Positions 11,701 to 20,216 of a DNA stretch of 64,000 nt are shown one piece after another. The stretch is from an uncultured bacterium (GTDB lineage Bacteria > Patescibacteriota > Dojkabacteria > J137), in NCBI GenBank assembly GCA_963700155.1, contig OY969472.1, positions 598,431 through 662,430 on the forward strand, in the 5' to 3' direction. A model generated the notes under the pieces. That model was not told where the DNA came from, did no database searches, and saw only the letters and a list, made by a program, of their open reading frames with translations. Within the stretch, counting starts at the first letter, position 1. Each line of letters starts with the position of its first letter. A program made the position numbers and the translations under genes.

Positions 11701-11796
11701 GATTATCTTTTCACGTTTATGTTTTGGTGTCTGAATATTAATATTCTGATTTAAATCTGAATAAGTTGTTTCTGTTTTAGCAGGATAAATCTTCAT
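8752..11796 (-). CDS. Fusion protein: membrane acyltransferase (OpgC/DUF1624-like) + DUF2341-like domain + polysaccharide-deacetylase-like domain
   Basis: IDILRGFAVIAMIITH plus ~11 TMs; WW...KRLITV / DGTDLRI / YFLYYGN; TFDWEG, EIGMHIH, SFRIGAW, IDSS. Confidence 0.75.
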   Translation of the reverse strand: MKIYPAKTETTYSDLNQNINIQTPKHKREKIIDILRGFAVIAMIITHVIAITYSGNASSKAVYYIGLFGGIFSFTSFLFISGMAAYYSTFSPEVEEHGSRNARVVRKTGRLIKLLFAYYILATASILVNTSLYSFPPSFSWLNNIISTLFFFIVPVFSEFLIPLFLISLTVLLLPKLYKYLIKNPLFGLFFMSVIYGIGSLISQIDFGSDKLNTLKALLGGQVYSDGALHAFPLFQYFPIFLLGIYLGHFFYNHRSLIHRIRVNIIWLIVFIGLTVTGTLSYLYLRSTLLFPLPDQGRFPPSITFLTLSLSLTLIVLLLFQIFYKVTPKFIKNIFNYFGITAIEALVFSTLLLFGYKYFTTTPENPDGIKHLYFTDILILTFIVLFFSAVFTSIKNYLKKWTLKEKDYNTVWWFFTERSLVSLVFIIIFTVVGASLYQEVFIKPALADTNTVIYRKRLILQEENWWDDSFGIKRLITVKNTSSSLPLFSGSWITLKFDHEKAIGEGTAAMKDGTDLRIIYFDSDKGSYLVLPFLLEKPNTSSTAISFKLIDNLDPGNITTNYFLYYGNEFAEKFSVSKDKYTSTPTSDGISLGDEQIHPVKLSLNRKWFLKNQISTAASTNLIIDANTKGAGITDNSVVTYAIDGTNKSGKLTLKGNSVYEASINLTGLDTGTYSIQVNATDSNNILKINRSQKLSFIYTYPLYVTWTFDWEGWDVSQDNLNAIANIEDTYGIQSTHFFNPRIYVKKQSDQNGTIATISKERADYLTNWIKDRQQNHGDEIGMHIHMWDDMVKEAGVTPRTSPIIQGTYGSDVPSYAYTESELEKIYTWGRNKLIDKGLGSPISFRIGAWMGGENVLTALQNTGFLIDSSGRTGGLVNANVSYSTKLPWNLKDTTYPYLPSKSDINKWEGNLSDRLSIWEFPDNGADSYWFTKEDLIKRFNDNFTNKQAPLDHPQDLVYLTHPHWFVSVDEWKIKALFDDIKQYRYSDDKGPVVFANLETVFSQWDTTKFINGD

Positions 11797-11885
11797 TTTA
11801 TTAAATTGATATTTCCTTTATAGGATATCATTTAATTACAAATTTTGAAATTTGGAATTTTGACCTAAAAAGAATTATGTTTTGG

Positions 11886-11921
11886 AAGGCAAAGTATGGA
11901 CTTAAGTCCATACTTTGCCTT
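11886..11921. repeat. Perfect 36-bp palindrome
   Basis: AAGGCAAAGTATGGACTTAAGTCCATACTTTGCCTT equals its own reverse complement and abuts TATAAT at 11921-11926. Confidence 0.95.
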
Positions 11922-11952
11922 ATAATCTCTTCGCAATATTAATAATTTTTGT

Positions 11953-12024
11953 TCCGGCTTAGCTCAGCGGTAGAGCGCTCGCCTGTTAAGCGATTGGTCG
12001 CTGGTTCGAATCCAGCAGCCGGAG
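11953..12024 (+). tRNA. tRNA-Asn (GTT), CCA not encoded
   Basis: Acceptor TCCGGCT/AGCCGGA, D arm GCTC/GAGC, anticodon loop CTGTTAA, T arm GCTGG-TTCGAAT-CCAGC, discriminator G. Confidence 0.97.
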
Positions 12025-12046
12025 ATTTAAATTCTTCAATTTAGAA

Positions 12047-12379
12047 ATGATTGTATTTAAAGAAGAGATTGGTACTTCAGATGACAATTTGGTAGTAGAT
12101 GTTCCTAATGATCCGACAAGAAGGTCTGGAATTCCTTTTAATGAAACTTTAATCAATCTTTTTAAAGAGTGCGGTGCTTTAAGAAAAGCTGAGATTTTAG
12201 AAAGATTCTTATATGATTTTAGTTGTAACAATACAACAGATATTATAATCAGTATAAGAAGTGGGGATGTTCCTATGGAGTTGCTTTTAGATATTGTAGG
12301 TTTAAAAAGTGCCGGTGGGGATACAATGCCTATTAGTATAGTGGATGCTGCTCAAAACTGCTTAGAGAATTTAGTATAA
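12047..12379 (+). CDS. Hypothetical protein
   Basis: 110-aa ORF downstream of the tRNA. Confidence 0.5.
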   Translation: MIVFKEEIGTSDDNLVVDVPNDPTRRSGIPFNETLINLFKECGALRKAEILERFLYDFSCNNTTDIIISIRSGDVPMELLLDIVGLKSAGGDTMPISIVDAAQNCLENLV

Positions 12380-12441
12380 TTATTCCTTTATCTTTAATAT
12401 AAATTCAAGTATATTTTTTAATAATCTTTATAAATATTTAA

Positions 12442-12945
12442 ATGGCATTATTTAATTTTAAACCGCCTAAAAAAGAAGGGATTATAGATGGAAAATCACT
12501 TTTAGATAAATATCAAGTCCCTAAAGAACTTTTTAAAATGATTGAAGAAATACTTCAAGAAGAAGGTCTTAATAATTATTTTACTCCTAATGTAATTAAA
12601 TTAATGATTGAATCAAAAGATAAGGTTTTATCAAAAAGTAGACATTTTTCAGATCTGCTTGCTGTAGATAGAAATCATGAAGATCTAAAGATCTTTTTAT
12701 CGAGATTCAAGAGTGATTTAGAAGAAAGAATTAAAGATATAGAAGAGGGGATCAGCAAATATGATATTCAAGACAGTATCTTAAAAGAAAATCTTTTAAA
12801 AATTCTTAGGTCTTATTTATCACTAGATATTAATGTATTTAGGATAGCTTTTAATACACCTGAAAATATGGATATTAACGATAGAATAGAGCAAGTCAAT
12901 AGAAATCTCAGAGATTTCTTTTTAGATAAAGAAAAAGCTGCATGA
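12442..12945 (+). CDS. Hypothetical protein
   Basis: 167-aa helical ORF with an AT-rich leader. Confidence 0.6.
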   Translation: MALFNFKPPKKEGIIDGKSLLDKYQVPKELFKMIEEILQEEGLNNYFTPNVIKLMIESKDKVLSKSRHFSDLLAVDRNHEDLKIFLSRFKSDLEERIKDIEEGISKYDIQDSILKENLLKILRSYLSLDINVFRIAFNTPENMDINDRIEQVNRNLRDFFLDKEKAA

Positions 12946-12952
12946 TCAAATT

Positions 12953-15163
12953 TTATTCATATCTTAGCGCATCTAAAGCAGAGATCTTTGTAGCTCTAGT
13001 AGCTGGATATAATCCTGTCAAAACGCCTGTTATTCCAGAAATTAATAGAATTATAACTGCACTCGAAATAGGTAGATTTACAAGGTTCAGATATCCATAA
13101 CCTCTTGAAATTGAGATTAAGGAGATTATAAATGATAATAAATTTCCCGCAATAACACCAAATAGTATACCTACAATCCCTCCTAACAACCCCATTGTTA
13201 TAGATTCAGACAAGAACAAGTGTTTTACTTCTTCTGCTCTCATTCCGATAGCCTTCATTAATCCAACTTCTTTTGTCCTTTCTAAGAGTGATACAGTTAG
13301 TGTATTAAACATTCCTAATGCGGCAACAAATAATGCAACAAATCCTACTATGGCAAATACAACTCTAGCATTATCAAAAAAGCCCTGAATTTGTTGAACA
13401 GTATCTAAAATTGCAGTAGTTCTGAATCCAAGTACATTTAACTGTTGTCTCAAAGTATCAACATCAGTTTGATCACTAGTGACTAATCTTACTTGTGAGT
13501 AGTTCTTAATCCCAAGTGATTGTACGTCTTGGATTGGAGCATAAGCTTTTGGTGCGTCATTAGAAGATATTACTCCAACAATAGTATAATCAAAAGATTT
13601 TGGTTCAGATGTCTTATCAGTTTTTTGAGCACTATCAGTTAAAATGTATGAAATTTTTAATGTCTTATTAATCGCATTACCTGAGTTAAGACCTATAACG
13701 TCTAAGAATGACTGATTAACAACAATGCCTTCATTTCCAGAAATTGGATTATCTTCAAACAAATTCCCGGTAGTTATTTTTGATTCAATAGTATTTAAAT
13801 ATGCTGATTGTACGCCATAAACCACAACATCAGCATTAGAATCCTGATAATTAACATTCCCTGCGATACTTATTACAGGATATGTCTGTTCAACATGATC
13901 AAGTCCTTTTAAAGTACCAAGAGCATCTTCATTTATTATTACGCTTTCACCCAAAGACGGATAAACATCTATTTGTTTTAATTGTTCTAGTTCAGCAACT
14001 TGAGATATAACAAGATTTTCTATTCCAAAACCAATTGAAACTAAAAAGGCTGTGAATCCTATACCTAACGCAACTCCCCCTATTGTTATAAGTGCTCTAT
14101 TTCTTTTTGCAAAAAGATTTTTGAAAGAAAGTTCAAATATATCAATATAGCTGATACTTTGTATTTTTGATTTATCAAGAATATCAATAAATTTATCATA
14201 AATCCCAGTTATTAATTTATCTAATGGTTTAAATATAACTGAGATAGAGAATACTTTGTGCAAAATTCTGTAAGTTAAGGACACTATTACTAATATTGTT
14301 GAAAGTATAACAAGTCCAATTGTTGTGAAAATGTTTTTAAAAAAACCAGAATTTTGCTCTCTCTTTCGTTTTGGATTGCTAAGGTTAGAAAGATCGGCTT
14401 TATAAGGTACTGCTGTCCCATCATCAACTTTATTTTCAGTTATCAAAGACTCTTTTATTTCTTTAATGTTATCTTTAGTTATTACTGAATCTCGTACAAT
14501 CTTCCCATCAAAGATATATAGAAATCTTTTGGCGAAATCTAAATTATCAATATTATGAGTAACCATAATTACTGTTTTCCCCTCAATACTTAGTTTTTGA
14601 AGGTATTCGGACAGTTCTTTACCGCTTTTATAATCCAAGTTTCCAGTAGGTTCATCAGCAACAATTATTTGTGGATCTGTAATTAAAGCTCTTGCGAGGG
14701 AAACTTTCTGTTGTTGTCCTGAGGAAAGCTCGCTTGGCAAAAAAGTAGCCCATTCTGAAAGCTCGAATTGTTCAAGCATCTTTAAAGCTTTGGTATTTGC
14801 GTCAATCTTAGAGTAACCTCTTAAAACTAAGGGAAAAGCTACATTTTCTTGTACATTTAATGATTTTATCCAATAAGGTTGTTGATATATTATTCCCACA
14901 TTCTTTTTTCTGAAGTTAGCGAGTTCTTCACTATTTGCATTTGTTATATCAACCCCTGCAAAATTGATTGATCCTTTGGTGGCATCTTCTAATCCTAGCA
15001 GAACGTTAAGAAGTGTTGATTTACCACTTCCCGAAGGTCCAAATATCATTGCAAACTCACCTTGTGAGATTTCGACATTAACGTCTTTTAATACATCGAT
15101 GCTTTTAGGTTTTACATCATACCTTTTGAATATATTTTTTATCTTTATTATCGGATTATTCAT
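12953..15163 (-). CDS. MacB/FtsX-family ABC transporter, fused ATPase-permease
   Basis: GPSGSGKST, LSSGQQQK, IIVADEPTGNLD, MVTH; permease NTLTVSLLERTKEVGLMKAIG and YPATRATKISALDALRYE. Confidence 0.92.
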   Translation of the reverse strand: MNNPIIKIKNIFKRYDVKPKSIDVLKDVNVEISQGEFAMIFGPSGSGKSTLLNVLLGLEDATKGSINFAGVDITNANSEELANFRKKNVGIIYQQPYWIKSLNVQENVAFPLVLRGYSKIDANTKALKMLEQFELSEWATFLPSELSSGQQQKVSLARALITDPQIIVADEPTGNLDYKSGKELSEYLQKLSIEGKTVIMVTHNIDNLDFAKRFLYIFDGKIVRDSVITKDNIKEIKESLITENKVDDGTAVPYKADLSNLSNPKRKREQNSGFFKNIFTTIGLVILSTILVIVSLTYRILHKVFSISVIFKPLDKLITGIYDKFIDILDKSKIQSISYIDIFELSFKNLFAKRNRALITIGGVALGIGFTAFLVSIGFGIENLVISQVAELEQLKQIDVYPSLGESVIINEDALGTLKGLDHVEQTYPVISIAGNVNYQDSNADVVVYGVQSAYLNTIESKITTGNLFEDNPISGNEGIVVNQSFLDVIGLNSGNAINKTLKISYILTDSAQKTDKTSEPKSFDYTIVGVISSNDAPKAYAPIQDVQSLGIKNYSQVRLVTSDQTDVDTLRQQLNVLGFRTTAILDTVQQIQGFFDNARVVFAIVGFVALFVAALGMFNTLTVSLLERTKEVGLMKAIGMRAEEVKHLFLSESITMGLLGGIVGILFGVIAGNLLSFIISLISISRGYGYLNLVNLPISSAVIILLISGITGVLTGLYPATRATKISALDALRYE

Positions 15164-15213
15164 TATACTTATTAAACATTTAATATATGATTATGATTTT
15201 CAAGTTCATTTTA

Positions 15214-18200
15214 TTACAAAAAGCTAAAGATGTCTTGTAACCCTTTCAAAACAATATCAAGTGCACTCTCAGATTTCTGAGGTGCAATAGTTACAATATT
15301 ATTAGTTTGCGATTCATTCTTACTACTATCATCAGATACAGCTCTTAAGTGATATACACCGGATGGTTTAAGATTAGAAACAATTACAACATGTTTAAGA
15401 CCTAAAGTTCTATCAATCTGAGTACTTTGACTGTAATCACCAGAAGAACCTTCACCAAATTCTACTTGACTTGTAGCAAGTTCATCAGTGGTCCAAGAAA
15501 CAATAACTTGAGCAGTAGAGTCTTGAGAATCAGGATTAACAGCTTCAACTTTAATGTTAGAGATAGCAGGAGGTCTAGTATCAGTCGCAGTAGTAAATGT
15601 ATGAACATCAGAAGTAGCTTGATTACCAATAGAATCTGTACCTTTTACTACAAGTGAGTACTTAGTATCAGTCGAAAGATTTTCAATAGTTAACTTATGA
15701 TCGGTTTTAGGTTCAATATCGATGACATTTTTAATAAGATCTGGATTATCAGCAGGATAGAATGAAACAATTGATGATATCTCAGTATTAGAAGACCAAG
15801 AGACATCAACAGTAGGTTGGGCAACATTCTTAACTTCTTGAATTTGTATATTACTTACAGTTGGTCTTGGTAATGTAGTTAGGTCTAAAATGGTACCTTG
15901 ATACTCGAATCCTTCAACATCTGTTGGATTAATTTTAAAGTAATATTTAGTTCCGTCATCTAAATTACTTAAAAGAGCAGTGTAAGAACTTTCAATAAAT
16001 GCAGTGTCAATAGTTTTCAATCCTCCAAAATCAGTTGATTTTCCATAATATACTTTTACAGATTTAGCATTAGTAACTGTAAAATTGATTAATGCTGAAT
16101 CAATTCCAACATTAGATGCATTTGCATTCTTAACTGTTGGTGCAGGATCTGTGGAGAAAGTTTTCTCTTCACTGATACCTGTATTCCCATCTTCATCAGT
16201 CCATTTAGCTCTGTAGTAGTAAGTTGTTCCAGCCGACAGATTATCAAGAGTAACAGTATGAGCAGTAACTTGAGCAGAAACAGCACTTTCAGCTTCAAGA
16301 TAATCATTAGATGAAAGTCCTATTTGAATTTTAGAGTCAGATCTTCTGTCTGTTACCCATGAGATAACTGCTTTTCTTGTAGTAGTAGCATTAACAGTAG
16401 GACCGGAGATTAAATCAGCAGGACTAGTATATTTACCTGTAGGATATTTAGTAACAGTACTAGAAACAGCAGAGCAATTGTTTGCAGAGTCACATGCTTT
16501 TATGCAGTAATAGTAATCTTGTTGTGATAGTCCTGTATCAATATATGATGTTCCTAATACTGTACTGATTTTTGAGAAGTCTCCAAAACTGACACTACAA
16601 GAAGCACTGGTAGTAGTAGATCTATATACATCGTAATTAGAAACTCCTGCACCAACATTAGAAGGAGTGGTCCAAGTTAAAGCTAATTTCCAATCAGAAG
16701 TATCTTTATTAGAGATATCAGCAACATCAGGGTTCAAAGGAATACCAGGTGCTTGTCCGGAATAGGTAAATGTAATAGATGTATATGTACTGTAATTGAT
16801 ATTCCCAGCCTCATCTTTAGCAACTACATAGAAAGTATTAGTGTCAGGTTGATTAGCGAATGCGTCTGCTGATAAACTTGTTACACCTGCGCTAGTATAT
16901 GTACAAGTGTTTACGCTAGGTAAGGTATTAATTGTATAGCAGTATGTTAGGTTGCTAACACTACCAGTAAAAGTTCCTGGAGGATCCCAGTCAAAAGCAT
17001 AAGAATTAGTAGTATTATCACTTGGTGTAACACTTAAGTTTTGTGGTTCACTAGGTGCATTAGTGTTAATTTTTAGTACTCCTGAGATACTTGATGTAGA
17101 AATATTCCCAGCTAAGTCTAATGTTCTAAAGTAAATGATGTTGTTACCATCAGAAAGGTTAGGATAATCATAAGTAGGATCAGTAGTATAGGTGCCGTCA
17201 TTAACAAGTCGGTCAGTTAAATCTTGATTACCATTATGTAAATCTCCATACCATGTACCTCCACTTCCAATTCTGTATTGTAAACCTGCTAAACCGGCAC
17301 CAACATCAGTAGCTTCATTACCTCCAGTTGTTGGCCAAGTGATAGTGGCATCTTTAGTAGAGATAAAGTTAGATGGCATAGAGATAAAGTCAGGGTTCTC
17401 TGGAGGTGTATTATCAAATTTGAATGAAATTAAATCCTGGTAAAGATTAGAAGCACCACTCCAAATATTACCGGTAACATCAACAGCTTTGATAGAGAAG
17501 TAGTATTGTTTACCTGTTGTTAGAGTCAATCCAGAGATACTACTTAAGTCAACGTGATCCCCTGTAGCAATGTAATCACAATAACTTTCACTTACACCAT
17601 CATCAAGACCATGGAGGATACCTCCACTAGTAGCAGGGTTAACACTGCTAGAGTTACCAGGAGTAGCTTCGTCAAGTGAAATACAATATCCTAACAACCC
17701 ACTTCCACCAACATTGTCGTTACCTTCGGTCCAGTTAATTTGAGGTTTAGACTTGACCCAGTCACCGTCATTAACTCCTGAGATATTAATACTTGTGGCA
17801 TTTTGTGTTGGTAAGGTTGTATCATAAGTTAAGTCTAAAGATACATCTGAAAGAACAGGAGTATTCTGTCCACCAGAACTTAGGAATGATTTAAATGCAA
17901 AATATTTACTAGAAGGACTAAAGCTAGAGATATTAGTGTTAATATCAGAAGCAATATTGGAATTAGCACTTGAACTAGCGTTACTCCAAGCAGCACCATC
18001 CCAGTATTTCCAAGTATTATTTGAATTACAATTAGAAACAGTATCACCACATATTTGATAATATATCTCACTTCCTGCAGGTTTAGTAGAAGTAGTAGTA
18101 CAGTTACTACTACCATCTAAAGTACCTTCACAGAAGTGATCAATCGATTGTGGCCTAGATGTTAGATCTAAAGAGTTAGTAGAACTAACTGATGGTTTAT

Positions 18201-20196
18201 CAACAGGATAATTTTGATAAGTAAATGTATTACTTGATATTTTAGGTAAGTAACTAGAATTATCAGTTTCAAGAATAGTTTTGTATTGAAAATATTGATT
18301 ATTAGAAACGTTACTTAAAGCAAAAGTAGGTAAGTCAGTAGAAGTATTATTAGCATCAGAATAATATGTATTGGAAGTCCCATCAGGACCGATAAATGAC
18401 TCTCCAGAGCAAGCATTATCATCACATGATCTAACCTGGTATTTTACATTTTGGAGACCTCTTTTATAAATAGTATTAATTTCAGTTGGAGAAAGACTTT
18501 TATTGAAGATAGAGAATTCGTCCATAAATCCTTTAAATTTAGATGATGGACTGCCTGAGTATAGTGCTCCAATTTCCATTTTATTTTGTGTTATTGATCC
18601 AAAGGTGGTAGAAACTGTTGAAGCTGCAACACCATTTACATATGTAGTTAAATTATTCCCATTACGAACTCCTACTACATAATACCATTTTCCTGCTTCA
18701 ATAATATTGGAGTAAGTTGATCCTACTATATGACTAGCATCATCTCTAACTAAAAACGTTATGTCATTATTACCTGTAGCGAATTGAAATAATACGGCTG
18801 AACCGGCTGTAGTAGTTCGATAAGCACCGATCGTGTATGAAACAGACACTGAGTCTACATTTATCCAAGCTGATACAGAATAATTTGTTCCCAGAGTTGT
18901 TCCAGGGTAGGGATCATTAAGTTCAATATAGCTATTGCCATCAAAGTATTCTGAGTAACTACCTAATTTATAGACTAAATTAGAAAATTGGGATGAGCCT
19001 ACAATAGTACCATTTTTGCTATTGCCACTTGAATCATTTGCATTCCCGTCAAAGTGCCAAAGCCCCTGATTGTTCGACATATCAACATTATCTGTACTAT
19101 ATTGAGTTTCAATTCCTTTATTATCTGGCAAATTCTTCCCGTAAGGAGCATTTGGTAACCAATTAATATTTTGCCAAGTTGTCCCATCAGAAACAGATGT
19201 ATCAAAAACTTTTGAAGTATATTCCCCATACAGACCTGCACCTTTTTCATAATTTGTTTTAATTTCACTTGCAGACAAGGCAGTAGAGTATATCGTTGTA
19301 TCGTCTAGAGCTCCGACAAAATATCCATGCCCCCCAGAAGGATCAATAGAAATACTTTTCCAATTAAAATATCGTAAGTTACCAGATGAAGATCCATTCT
19401 TAATATACTCACCATTTAGATATAGTGATATTGTATTATTATTATTGACAACGGTAACAAAATTCCATCCAGAAAGAGTAGTGCTATAAACTAAATTATA
19501 AGGCATTAACCCAGATTTTTGCTCACATAATGTAATCCCATTAGTCCCAACATTGATTCCTAATCCGGTTCCACCTGTAACATAGTGGGGATAGAATATA
19601 GTTCTATTAGATGTTAAATTTGAAAAGCATTCAACCCCACTTCCACTTTGAGATCCAAGATGAGTAGTTGATTCAGGTTTAACCCATGTACTTATTGTAA
19701 ATGTTGTACTACTAATTTCCCCATCAGGAACATCTACATAACTAGTGTTGTCAAAATGTCCAGCTGTTCCTATCTGTCCTGTTGTAAATATTGCTCCATA
19801 AGATGTACCATTATAATTACCTAATTCATCATTCCAGTTATTCTCAAATCTCCACTGTGCAACAACCCCCGGATCGTTTGAAGGGGTAGAAGCTGGTGTA
19901 TTACTTAAAGTTAAATTACCAGAAGAATATTGAGTATTATTGTATGTACCTAAATCATATTTAGCTTGAGAATCATCAGTAATATCAGTTTGAACTTGTT
20001 TTAAAGAAGCTTCACCTCCAGTTACTTGAATCTTATTGGAATCAGATAAAGTATAGTCTGAAGGTGTAGAAAAATCCCAGGTGAAGCTGGTTGATGCAAA
20101 TAATTTAGTACCTATAAAAATTATAGGTATGCTAACCAGAACAATAATAATAAAGACTTCTTTTTTTTCAATTTTCTTAATTCTAAATTTTTTCAT
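15214..20196 (-). CDS. Giant surface protein, paralog 1: TM anchor, two LamG-like jellyroll domains, FN3-rich constant region
   Basis: N-terminal TM; FTISTWVKP...GALDDTTIYSTALS and YSVSAWI...GFMDEFSIFNKSLS (LamG); FN3 motifs such as HTVTLDNLSAGTTYYYR. Confidence 0.88.
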   Translation of the reverse strand: MKKFRIKKIEKKEVFIIIVLVSIPIIFIGTKLFASTSFTWDFSTPSDYTLSDSNKIQVTGGEASLKQVQTDITDDSQAKYDLGTYNNTQYSSGNLTLSNTPASTPSNDPGVVAQWRFENNWNDELGNYNGTSYGAIFTTGQIGTAGHFDNTSYVDVPDGEISSTTFTISTWVKPESTTHLGSQSGSGVECFSNLTSNRTIFYPHYVTGGTGLGINVGTNGITLCEQKSGLMPYNLVYSTTLSGWNFVTVVNNNNTISLYLNGEYIKNGSSSGNLRYFNWKSISIDPSGGHGYFVGALDDTTIYSTALSASEIKTNYEKGAGLYGEYTSKVFDTSVSDGTTWQNINWLPNAPYGKNLPDNKGIETQYSTDNVDMSNNQGLWHFDGNANDSSGNSKNGTIVGSSQFSNLVYKLGSYSEYFDGNSYIELNDPYPGTTLGTNYSVSAWINVDSVSVSYTIGAYRTTTAGSAVLFQFATGNNDITFLVRDDASHIVGSTYSNIIEAGKWYYVVGVRNGNNLTTYVNGVAASTVSTTFGSITQNKMEIGALYSGSPSSKFKGFMDEFSIFNKSLSPTEINTIYKRGLQNVKYQVRSCDDNACSGESFIGPDGTSNTYYSDANNTSTDLPTFALSNVSNNQYFQYKTILETDNSSYLPKISSNTFTYQNYPVDKPSVSSTNSLDLTSRPQSIDHFCEGTLDGSSNCTTTSTKPAGSEIYYQICGDTVSNCNSNNTWKYWDGAAWSNASSSANSNIASDINTNISSFSPSSKYFAFKSFLSSGGQNTPVLSDVSLDLTYDTTLPTQNATSINISGVNDGDWVKSKPQINWTEGNDNVGGSGLLGYCISLDEATPGNSSSVNPATSGGILHGLDDGVSESYCDYIATGDHVDLSSISGLTLTTGKQYYFSIKAVDVTGNIWSGASNLYQDLISFKFDNTPPENPDFISMPSNFISTKDATITWPTTGGNEATDVGAGLAGLQYRIGSGGTWYGDLHNGNQDLTDRLVNDGTYTTDPTYDYPNLSDGNNIIYFRTLDLAGNISTSSISGVLKINTNAPSEPQNLSVTPSDNTTNSYAFDWDPPGTFTGSVSNLTYCYTINTLPSVNTCTYTSAGVTSLSADAFANQPDTNTFYVVAKDEAGNINYSTYTSITFTYSGQAPGIPLNPDVADISNKDTSDWKLALTWTTPSNVGAGVSNYDVYRSTTTSASCSVSFGDFSKISTVLGTSYIDTGLSQQDYYYCIKACDSANNCSAVSSTVTKYPTGKYTSPADLISGPTVNATTTRKAVISWVTDRRSDSKIQIGLSSNDYLEAESAVSAQVTAHTVTLDNLSAGTTYYYRAKWTDEDGNTGISEEKTFSTDPAPTVKNANASNVGIDSALINFTVTNAKSVKVYYGKSTDFGGLKTIDTAFIESSYTALLSNLDDGTKYYFKINPTDVEGFEYQGTILDLTTLPRPTVSNIQIQEVKNVAQPTVDVSWSSNTEISSIVSFYPADNPDLIKNVIDIEPKTDHKLTIENLSTDTKYSLVVKGTDSIGNQATSDVHTFTTATDTRPPAISNIKVEAVNPDSQDSTAQVIVSWTTDELATSQVEFGEGSSGDYSQSTQIDRTLGLKHVVIVSNLKPSGVYHLRAVSDDSSKNESQTNNIVTIAPQKSESALDIVLKGLQDIFSFL

Positions 20197-20216
20197 TAAT
20201 TTCTACCCATACTTGA

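Noticed and set aside
11986-12231. 81-aa minus-strand ORF
   Set aside because: Overlaps the tRNA and a better plus-strand ORF.
11953-12945. Genomic island integrated at tRNA-Asn
   Set aside because: No integrase and no duplicated tRNA 3' end seen; only two hypothetical ORFs follow.
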